A stretch of 55,610 nt of DNA, the filler included, from Bipalium vagum (Eukaryota): the NCBI GenBank assembly GCA_037834085.1. It is 3 parts of 3 records of this genome, joined end to end, with 100 filler letters (N's around TTAATTAATTAA, not from the genome) between each part and the next. Parts side by side here need not be neighbours in the genome. Positions count along the whole stretch, not along the records: positions 1 to 16,158 come from JBBMKC010124868.1; positions 16,259 to 37,420 come from JBBMKC010239426.1; 1 more part is not named here. One strand, written 5' to 3'. The translations under genes were made by a program, and so were the position numbers. Positions within the stretch are counted from its first letter, which is position 1. Each line of letters starts with the position of its first letter. This document shows, piece after piece, positions 13,101-23,950 of this stretch. Below the pieces are notes generated by a model. That model was not told the origin of the DNA. It worked only from the letters and a program-made list of their open reading frames with translations, and did not search any database.

Positions 13101-14970
13101 AGATATCTATAAGAAAAAGCGTGCATGCATATCTCTCCTTTTCGGAACAAGAGTGATCCATTTTTGCTCCGTATTGTTACGTGTGACGAAAAGTGGATCC
13201 TTTATGACAATCGTAAGCGTTCTGCACAATGTTTAGATGCAAATGAACCTCCTAAAACATGTCCAAGACCAAAAATTCATCAAAAGAAGCTGATGGTTAC
13301 CGTGTGGTGGACAAGTCGTGGAGTGATGTACCACAGTTTCTTAAAACCAGATCAGTCAATCACAGCAGAGCTCAGCATTCAATTGGAAGAAATGGTGAAG
13401 AATTTGGCAAAAAAACAGCTGAAATTGGCCCATAGAGATAAACCAATTTTGCTCCATGACAATGCCCGTCCGCATGTTGAAAATCGGACTCAATTAAAAA
13501 TGTTGGAGATGGATTTGGAAACAATCGATCATCCTTCTTATTTTCCAGACTTTTCACCTACAGATTATTGTTTCTTTCCAAAAATTGGACAACTTCCTAC
13601 AAGGAAAAATTTTTAATTCCGCAGAGGCTGTTCAAAGTGTCTTCACTCAATTTATTGATTCCCTCAAATCTGAGTTTTTCGATAGAAGCATTTCCGACCT
13701 ACAAACGAGATGGCAGAAGTATATTTTTATGGTGCATACTTCGATTGAATCCATTGTTCCTTCTTAAAGATTTCTTTAATAAATGTTTTGTCTTAAATCC
13801 ATGCATTTCATACTTAATGGCCTAATAATGAGATTTTTTAAACTTTTCAGTCATTTTAGATTTAAACCTTATTTTTGGTTAAAATAATTATTTTTAACAG
13901 TAGAAGTGAATTTTAATTTTTTAAACCTTAAAGTAACAATAATTAGTAATTATATTTATAATTTATTAAAATTTGATATCTTATCTTTATATAAAATTAT
14001 GGAATGTTAACTTTTAAATATCATTGTTTAGCATGGCAACACTACTGGGCAGTTAAAGGACAACTTCTAAGAAAATCATATTTACAAAGGATTTACAAAT
14101 ATGATTCAACTATCTAAATTGAATTTCAATGACCCTAAAAAATTTTCAACTTGACAGCCTTTTGTTTAGGTTATCCAGAATATAATTAATTAATATAAGT
14201 AATAATAATAATTTATTGCACAACTATCAACATGTTTAGTTATTGCTCAGAATATCGAACTTTATTATTATTAATAAAATTATTTTGGATATTACAGTCA
14301 GTGAGAAGTCAAAAGGCACCAAAAAAGAACTCGGAGACCCGAACAACAAAGAAAAATCCAAGCCAACAAAGTTTAAGGACTAATCTTAAAAATGATTAAT
14401 GTGGAAACTCAAAAAGATATAACAATTTTGTGATAATTATAAGTGATTTTTATAAACATTCTATGTGATTCTTTACCTATTATTTTGTATTCAGTTCATT
14501 CATGTATATGTAAAATAAGAAACTATGTAAAACAAAATCCTGTAAAAAATAAAAAAACTAACAATCACTATTATATTATTATTATTATTATTATCAATTA
14601 TTTCAATATATATATTTGTAATTTAAAAATAGAAGCAATCGAGTTACTAATAACAGAAAATAAGGTAAGACAAATATACAAAAAATTAAAAAATTAAATT
14701 TTAAAAATAGATGCGATGTCTAAAAAATATATAAGGTCAGCGTACGTTTGACCAGCGGACACAAATAATCAACAAAAAGATCACGAAAACATCAAATTAT
14801 CAGGCATCTATCAAGCAGAATTAATATATAATCACGAGATATTCATTCGACGAACAGAAGGAAAATTTTACATGAATATTTTTATGCCCATTTGGATTTT
14901 AAAAAATCAACCAGACTACAGATTATCTAGTGCATCTTAAACCACGAACTATCTCGATATAAAAGTAACT
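7150..14970 (+). pseudogene. Decayed multi-exon gene relic of unknown product, interrupted by a mariner
   Basis: Exon-like blocks start after YAG acceptors and several end at GT. They read as protein with scattered stops, e.g. about 7265-7440, 8083-8280, 10822-11039, 12126-12230 (FETEFVELFYN*I*MDLQKFF**FIQSVC), 14032-14170 (WQHYWAVKGQLLRKSYLQRIY) and 14711-14940 (about 75 codons, one internal TGA). No family recognised. Confidence 0.35.
12594..13825 (+). mobile_element. mariner (DD34D) element, degenerate transposase
   Basis: Transposase from ATG 12756 with stops and frameshifts. Motifs are IVTCDEKWILYDN, KKLMVTVWW, LLHDNARPH and HPSYFPDFSPTDY, with exactly 34 residues between the last two Asp. 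Right TIR ...CATACTTAATGGCCTAA-TA ends at 13825; partial left match TAGGTCATTAAGTATG at 12594. Confidence 0.92.
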
Positions 14971-15089
14971 ATTTTCCTTATTATTTATTTATTTTTTTAT
15001 TTACTTATACATCTCTAATCTTGGCAATTTTGCACAAAATTTGCACAAGATAGTTTAAAATCCCATAATTCTCTAATAATCACTAGTTA

Positions 15090-15960
15090 TCAAACACGGG
15101 GATCTTTATTCTTTTTGTTTGAATTCTCTTATTCTTCCCTTTACCAGAGCAGTTAGGGCTGGTAAATTGCTTTAGGACTTTCTACAGCTTACTGGATAAT
15201 TGTGAAAGAATAACAGAGTTTCTTATTTAAAACTAATTGTAATCCTTAAATTTTACAAATAAAGATCTTGTTTACATTTTGATTTTGTTTACATTTTGAA
15301 ATTTTATTGAATTTTAGTTGTTCCAAATTACACTCCATAAAGCGTTCTGATTTGAAATTATTTTGAGTTTCTACCAACCCAATTTGATATTCTTAACCCC
15401 ATAGAATTATTTAATTTTAGTAGGAACTTAACATTAACAATGATTTCTTTTGTCTGTAAACAATTTTGATCCATCATATCATTCTAATTTTATATATTCA
15501 TGAACTATTAAAATCTTTATGTGTATTAATAAGCATTGATCCTGTAATAGTCAAATTTTTATAAGTATGCTAGTAAGCAGTTTATGTTTTGCTGTTCGCT
15601 TGCAAACAACTGGTTACCCAGAATTTATGCTTTCAAAGGCTGACTGAATAAAAGGAATTACTTTTCCTATATCTCTGCTTATTCATATTTATATAACTAT
15701 GTTACATGGTTAATAGATCCCATTTTCAGTCGATCCCATTCCTTTGATATAGAATGAACTTTCAGATATCTCCATTAATTTATCTTGGCTTAAGTGCAAT
15801 AAAATTCCAAAGGTCATTGATTTGTTTAAGTTAACTATTTAATTTTAACTTTTAATTATTTGACAACTTTTATTTTAAAAGTAATCTATCAATGAAACGA
15901 AAATATTAGTTATGACTATGATATGGCATTTCCCCCATTTTTTGTTTGAACAATTTATGT
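15090..15960 (-). mobile_element. Possible highly decayed LTR-retrotransposon protease/RT relic
   Basis: Minus-strand fragments resemble an aspartyl-protease region (..TGSMLI..YDGSKLFT..) followed by an SP..ALVK-like RT start. Heavily broken, weak similarity. Confidence 0.25.
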
Positions 15961-16057
15961 GGAACTATTATTCAATCAAATTGGTTTAATTCGATCTGCT
16001 TACAAAATTTAAGATTCGGTGTATAATTCAATTACAAACTATTTATACAAAAAAATT

Positions 16058-16084
16058 TATTATTATTATTAATAATTATTACTA

Positions 16085-16138
<54 letters not shown>

Positions 16139-16142
16139 TATT
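16058..16142. repeat. (ATT)n microsatellite next to contig end
   Basis: Imperfect then perfect ATT array just before the first gap. Confidence 0.95.
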
Positions 16143-16158
16143 ACAAAAAAATATCTTT

Positions 16159-16258
16159 NNNNNNNNNNNNNNNNNNNNNNNNNNNNNNNNNNNNNNNNNN
16201 NNTTAATTAATTAANNNNNNNNNNNNNNNNNNNNNNNNNNNNNNNNNNNNNNNNNNNN
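16159..16258. other. Artificial scaffold linker (N44-TTAATTAATTAA-N44)
   Basis: 44 N, a 12-mer giving stops in all six frames (16203-16214), then 44 N. Identical to the second gap. Confidence 0.98.
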
Positions 16259-16477
16259 TGTCGAATACTTTGACCATTATCCAGAGATTTGATAATATTG
16301 TATTTCACTTTCAAAGATATTTTAGTTTTTTTCATAGTTATTATTATCTAAAATAAAATTAAAATAAATTTGATTTTTAAATTAAAAGTTTTATCATAAA
16401 AATTATATTAAAATATTAAAATTATCTAATTTTTAAGCCATTATTTAAACAAAAAATTTTTTAATTATTCAAAAATA

Positions 16478-16621
16478 TGTACTTCTTACTGGTGTACTTA
16501 TTATAGAAGTTTATATAAGTAGTAAAATACAATTATAACCAAATCTATAAAAAAATTTAAAAGTCGTACTTAATAAGAATTGTACTTCTTATAGAGTATA
16601 CTTAATACGGAGGTTTGACTG
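16478..16621. mobile_element. One end of a pogo/Tigger-like MITE
   Basis: Ends in GAGGTTTGACTG-TA (inverse of TA-CAGTCAAACCTC), with repeated subterminal GTACTTA(A/T)TA-like motifs. The partner TIR was not found. Confidence 0.45.
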
Positions 16622-17933
16622 TACTTATTAATATATCGATTATATTGATCTGAAATGTGATGACTCAATGATAAGAAAATAAAAAAATGTTTCTATTGAA
16701 GTTTTAAAATAAATTTTAATTGACATTTCTCAAGTCCCTTTCATCTCATATTATTTTTTGATGCGCTCTAGCAGAATTTATCGGCGGCCTTTGATTTCAA
16801 ACGAATCGTTAAACTATTAAATTAAATACAATTGCTTGTTTAGTATTGAGTGAGCAGATCTTGTATGATAATTTATGATTAAGATACGGGTTTTAATTAA
16901 TCACAATAGCAACAAAATTAAATTTCCCAGTCCAGAAAAGTGGAAAGAATCATCGGTGTTCTGATCGATTGCAAATTTATTCATGTCTTAATCAAATCTG
17001 ATCGCCTTTGGTCCACAGAATCTGAAAAATCTTAAATATTTTCGATTTCATGTTTTTGATCAATATTTTATGTATAAAATTAAATATCAGTTTTTTAGCA
17101 CGAATGACGATAATTTTTTGTGAAGATTGATAATTTTTCTTACTATTTCCTATTTCTCAAGTAATGATTCGAGATATTTTATCCTTTTATATTTTAAATG
17201 TTCTCGAGCTCATTTTCCAAAAATACAATAAAAATCCAATACGATTTCAAAATTATTTTAGTGTTTATATTTCTATATTATTTTGGAATTATGTATATTA
17301 TTTTTATAATGATGTTTCTAAATACTATTTAGAGGTAAATAATATGTTTAAACCTTTCCATATTGACATATTTTATATATTTCCGAAAATTTTAAAAAAA
17401 TTTTCTTCGTCATTTATGATTTTTAACCAGAAATTTTAAGTTTAATTTTTTTTAATTTAATCTTCCTAGTTCTTTCCAGTGTATATTATTAAAATTAATA
17501 TTTTATTTCCACAATTTACTTAAAGAGCTTACAAAAACTTCTAATGTGACGGTGTATTGTCAAATAATCAAAGAATTTTCTGTTAAATATTCGTTAATTC
17601 TGTCTCTTTATTTCATTCTATTTCAGTGATCCAATGAAAACTCCGTTTCAATTTTGAATATTGTATTGATTTTCCGTTAATTTGTTTATAAGCTTACAAA
17701 AAAATTTTCTTATAAAAAACCGATTTTTATATGAAACTTATGAATTTATGATCGGTTCAGAATGAAGTATAATTTTTAAAAATGTATTTTTCCATATAAT
17801 AAATATTGATTGAAGAAAATAAAAAAATTCCTTGTGGATTATCAATTCTTTATATAATGAAAAAAAATTTGAACAATCAGCTTAAATTATACCGAAATGT
17901 TTTAATTATTTATATATATTGACATTTTGTTAG

Positions 17934-20900
17934 GGATGTTTAAACAACATATTTTGGCCTTTATCTGCACATTTATTATCGAAAATGGTTTTGAATGTTA
18001 ACTGTCCATTGGTGGACCCGACCCAGAAAATGGGTTTTCCATATACCGTTATAACATTACTGGTTACAATTTTCGATGAGGAGACACAAAATAGTCGGCT
18101 GGCAGCGAAAAATATCGCTTGTACCGCGAAAGTGGTTTCACCTGATCGATTGGGTAACTTAATTCTGGTCATGCAACTGTATAGTGGCGGAACGTTCAAC
18201 AAGGATCATACACAGTGGACTCGTTGCGTTGTCAAATATTTGTATGATGCCTATTCGGAAAGCAGTGCTGAATTATTATCGTTTATCAATCGAGTACTTT
18301 AAGATTTTTGCCTGGATTTAATTCTAATTATACGTTTGATAGATGTTGGTGGAATGTTCGCCGTCTATGTATAATCCAATTTTACAAGTTTTGTGTAACT
18401 TTATTTATTATATAAATATGAATGAATCTGCCGTTATTTGTCAACTTAACAAAATAATCGAAAATCTTAGCCAGATTTTCATAAATGTAAGAGATATTTT
18501 TATTGACACACGAAAGGCCTTTATATGTAGATATTTTTTATCTGCAGTCTATCCAATGGAAAGAAGTGTATCCGATTTTGCGGTTGATTGTATCGAAAAA
18601 TTCCAGTCTCACATTGCCCACAAGCAAGGTTATTGAGAGTTCGGTTTTGCTTGGTTTACCGATGGTACCTCTTCCGGAAGCAGAAACTCCACGATTAGAA
18701 TTGCCTGGGAGAGTTCTCGAATATCAGTTCGATGTCATCAGTTACTGTCACAGAAACTACGACACATTGGATTCTCAAGCAAATGTTCAAATTGATGAAT
18801 CCAGCTTAGGAAATAAAAAACTGTCATCAAATGTGAGATGTTATTTCTTTTTTAAAATTATTTTACAAAATAATTTCACATTTTCAATAGTTTTGTTCGA
18901 TTTTATTAAAAAGTTTTATTAATAAATATTTTTCTCTTTTCATTGTAAAACAAGTTTATAATAAAATGAACAGATAACCAACACTTTATTATCCTATATC
19001 CCTGGATAAATCTTATTTTCCTTTAAAAATTACAGAAATTATTTGAAATATTATTCATGTTTCTATCATAAAACTTATGTAACTATAACTTATTATTATT
19101 ATTATTTGAAAATGTTGACATTTCACAATAATTTGATTATGGAAGGTTTTTCTTATTGTGATTTTATTTAAAATTATTTGGATTCAGATATCCTTCGATA
19201 CATTGATATACAAATTAAGATATTTTTAAATACAATTTTATTGATTATCTCCAATATTATGTGGAAACACTATTTAAAAAGTCGTTCATAGTAAAAAATT
19301 CATACTGGAATATTGGTTTATTCATTTTTTCTAATATTTCATATATTTTTCTGTGAACTTCATTTATCAATATCGTTTTCAAATTAGAATGGTTTGCCAA
19401 AACAACTACAGCCTCTATGTTACATTTTAATTTTTTTCATTTGAAATTTGGTATCTCAATTTTCGTTTAATTATTTTTTGAAAATTACTTTCGATATTTT
19501 TTACACAGATGTACTACAGTTTTAAATTTTACGTCTTTTCTTGTTTCAATTTTAAGCTAGATACTTTACTTTGATATATTATTTTAACTTAATTATATTT
19601 TTCTCCACATTTCTCAGAATCTGAATGATTTTAATTGAAGATAATAAATATATTTATTATAACAAATTACTTAAAATTTTCATTTAAAAAAAATTTTCTC
19701 CTTTGTTTTATTATATTGGCAAAATTTTTTTTGGCGTACGAATTTATCTTTTATCAATGAATCTCAAATTTAGGAGGAAACAATTTATTTTCCATTTATA
19801 ATAATAAATTATTAATTTAAAAAAATTTAACCAATGTATAATATTGTTGGAAAACATGTTTATTTTAATTTTTTTATTACATTGTTTGATGGAAAAAAGT
19901 TTGATTGATTTACATAATCTCAGTATATCATTATTGCCGTATATGCAACCATAATAACTGTAACTGGCTTATTACATTAATAATTTATAAATATATATAT
20001 TATCCCAACAATTCTTTTCGAATATAATTAGTTTAGTCTCCCTAATGGTAAAACGAATACAATACAATCAATTCTATTAATTTTGGTAGATATTTTTTAT
20101 TTATCATATATTGTCATATTTAATCTGTTATTTTTGCGCTTTATAATAAAAACAAAGTTGAAGGATTTTAAAATATTTTATAAAGTACCGTATAATATAC
20201 AAATGAAAATGAATTTTTTGTGATAAAGAGTAACTTTGATAATGATAAAAACGAAAAATATGCAAATCATTATTACTAATCAAAAAACTGAAACTAGAAA
20301 TTAATTCACAAAATGGAGTAAGCAAAAATCAATAAATGATTAATGTTTTCTTTAAATAATATTTTGTATAACAATTTTAAGGAAAATTAAATTTTGAAAT
20401 TTTAAGAATACATTAAAAAATTCTTTTTTGAATTTTAAAAAATGTTCATATTAAGAAGAAAGTGTTGTTACTTTAATCCAATAATAAAGATAATTTATAG
20501 AAATCATGATACTGATTGTTAATGGCGAAGAATATTAAAGTTGACTGAAGAAGATCTAAATTAAAAAGATCAAATTAAATTAAAACATGTATCAAGATAG
20601 TATTATAAAAAATTTTGTTTGTTCAAAATTTTTTAAAAAGCGTGTATTTTAAAAATTATATAATCTCAATTAAAATATTAATAAAATATCCTTATGAAAT
20701 TAGTTTTTTTAAAAAACTTTTGTATTATCTCGTCAATTAAGATAAAATAATTTTTAAGATTAAAACAAATGTTGTTAAACAAACACTAAAACTTTTAAAG
20801 ATATGTCTAGATTTTTGTAATTTATTCTTATTTATTATTATGAATATAATTTTTCTTAGTTATATAATAAATACCATAAAAATGGTATTTAAACTACACA

Positions 20901-23881
20901 AGTTTTAATATACTATACTGAATATATTTATAATGAAAAGTTTACTACTAATTATTAGAAGTTTTATTTTAATAATTATTTATTCTTATCAAAAATTTCA
21001 AATCATTATGTAAAATAATATTTCAACACATTTCAGTTTCACAAATATACTATCTTGAAACATGTTTAGATCTCTTCCTTCAGATCATGATTTTTAAAAA
21101 TATTATCTACATTATTATTGGATAAAAGTAAGAAGAATTTTTTAAAAATCAAAGTAGTGACTCCAAAACCAATGCAAGCTAATATCGTGTACAGATTCCA
21201 ATGTCTTGGATGTGGCCATCTATACACAAGGGAGAAACAACGTCACCTAATGACACGAATTAGTGAGCATTCTCAAAAAAGTGGAAAAAGTAAAGTGTTG
21301 GATCATACTGTTAGCTGCAAAGAAAGGCAAGTAAATAAATATGCCAATGAAAATGAGATTAGTCTAGTAAAGACCAACTTTGATAACGATGAAGAAAGAA
21401 AAATATAGGAATCATTAGTAATTAAAAAACTGAAACCAAAAGTTAATTCACAAAATGGAGAAAGCAGAAATCAATGGATAATTAATGTTTTCTTTAATTA
21501 ATATTAAAAAAAAATTTGTTTAATAATTTTTAAAATATTAAAAAATGGTATTTTTAAAGTTTTTAAAATTAAAAAGTTTTTTTACTTTTATCCAATAATA
21601 ATGTAGATAATAGTTTTAAAAATCATTATAGTGATATCATTTGAAGATAGACATCGAAGACGAATAAAATTGACTGAAAAAGATCTGACAGAAGAGATCG
21701 AAACATGTTTCAAGATAGTAGTATAAATAAGATTTTGCGTGTTCGAAAATTTTTTTTTAAAAAGCGTGTATTTGAAAAAAATATATATATCCAGAACATT
21801 AATTAAGTTCCCATTGATTTTAAATTTTTTAATCAATATTTGTTTACATTGATAAAATTAGAAAATATCAGACATAAAATATAGACTAAAATTACAAGAA
21901 ATCTGAAATATTTATTAAAATTATTATTTTGTCTATTATATGATTATCATTATATGAGATTTCTGAAATTGTTTAATTAGTGTTGACAATATGTGAAAAC
22001 GATTTTTCGAATGAAATTAAAATTAAAATGATATCTTTAGGTTATTGAATTTTATTAATTTGTTTTTTGTATTGTAATTTATATTAATATTTTGTTCAAT
22101 ATATAAGATTAATATTTTATTGATATTGAATAATTATGTTGGGTTTCAAGTAAGTTGTGTACACTTTTAATTTTTTAACTTAAAACAACTAATATTTTTA
22201 TTATAGTATTAAATTTTAAAATTAAATAATTTTAATTTTTAAATATTTGATTATTTATTTAATTAATAATTAAAATTTATGAAGATTTAAATTTATAAAA
22301 ATTTTCTTCTAATTCCAATTTTCTTCTAATTATTTTTTTATAATTTATATTTTTCTAAGTTTAAAATATTAAAATGTTTTTGAATCTTAAGAAATATTAA
22401 ATTTCCATTAATTTTTAATAATCAATTCTTCAAAATTCTTTTTTGATCCGACATTATTCTAGAATAAAACCAAAGAGTTATTACTTCAACTGATTAATTA
22501 TTTTGGAACTTATGGGTACAGAATTGGATTTCCAAAAAGCCCATCGGTAAGTGTTTTTTATTTTTAATTGAAAATTAAAATATATATTTTTCATAATCAT
22601 TTGTTTAATTTGTTACAATTTTAATTTATTATTATTATTAACTTATTCAGATTAAATTAGTGGATCAGGTATTTTGCACATTTTGGATTTGGGAGCTATA
22701 TTTTAATTTTTAATCCATTTGATTTTGTTTTGATGTTTTATTAGCGAACACTTTTCAAACATTACTTTTGTTTATTTTCTGCTTATTTATTATTATAATA
22801 ACAGGACTGCTTATTAATTTTCAAATTATTCCAAATTTTCAGAAAGTAATTTCTTGGTGAAAATTATTATATTTATCTAAAATAATTGTTAAAAAGCTAA
22901 TTTTTAGTGTGCTACTTTCTTCTCTTGATTTGATTAGAAATTTTACATTTACTGACCAATAAGTCTTTTCCATACCTTAGTAATTTATTTTAAAATAAAG
23001 ATGTTCTCTATGATTTGATTTCTTATAAAAAAAATCAAATTTAAGCTAATTATTAAGAATGGAAACTTTAAAAATTGATAATATTTGATAATTGGTAAAA
23101 TTACTATCCTATAATTAAATTCAGTCTAACTACAAGACTGAAAAGTCAAAGGCTTAATCTTTTTTGGAACAGTGATCTCTATAACTGATTACCAAGCGAT
23201 TATTGATAAACCGATAATTAATTTGTTTTTTTGTTAATTCTAAAACTTTAATCAAAATAGTACAGTTTAATGAAATACAAAAATAAAATTTAAGTACTAT
23301 AACCTCGTTTATAGAGTTTCAATTGATTATGGAATTTAGTATTTTTCAATAACCTCAATTTTGATGCCAATATCTATGTATGTACTAGCTTTCATATAAT
23401 ATATTATAGGAAAAATATAGTAAGAACTTAGAAAAAATTCTTCAGTCTGCTTATTGATTGATTTAATAACAATTTTTGATAAATTATTAATTATCGTGAA
23501 TACTATTCACTAAAATTTTACTATCGATTTTTAATCAAGATCTTGTTCTGCATTACTCTAATTGTCATAAGACTAAATTCCATGAAAATCATTTTATCCA
23601 TTTAATTGTTAATAAAAATTCCAATCAAAGAACTGTATAAATATATTTTTTAAAAATCGATAATATAATCCCACACGATTTTCTTGTAACGTTTTATTTA
23701 GGTGATATTTAGCCAATCAACGGAAACTTTAGAGCATCAAGTCAGTCTCCATTCTAGTAGTGAAACAACAAGTACCAATGACATTAGCCTAGCCGGTAAA
23801 AGGATTTATTAATATTGTTTTATTGTTGTTTGTTGAAAATCAGCAAAAATTGCTATTTATAATATAATAAAATTATCAAAT

Positions 23882-23950
<69 letters not shown>

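Larger units (their letters stand above)
20250..21780 (+). mobile_element. Penelope-like retroelement remnants (GIY-YIG endonuclease plus repeated terminal region) in a furry intron
   Basis: 21118-21495 reads IVYRFQCLGCGHLYTREKQRHLMTRISEH...VLDH...ERKI*ESLVIKKLKPKVNSQ, a GIY-YIG EN of PLE type. The 3' region about 21390-21780 is directly repeated at about 20250-20655, and a short inverted copy lies at about 21048-21090. Confidence 0.8.

Noticed and set aside
16203-16214. TTAATTAATTAA palindrome as a biological site
   Set aside because: It is embedded symmetrically in Ns and repeated identically at the second gap, so it is an assembly spacer.
18833-22462. Missing furry micro-exon encoding a WK(K/R)P..SQ motif
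   Set aside because: No AG..GT-bounded candidate was found. The flanking exons join in phase 0 and GNKKLSSN can be the diverged equivalent.
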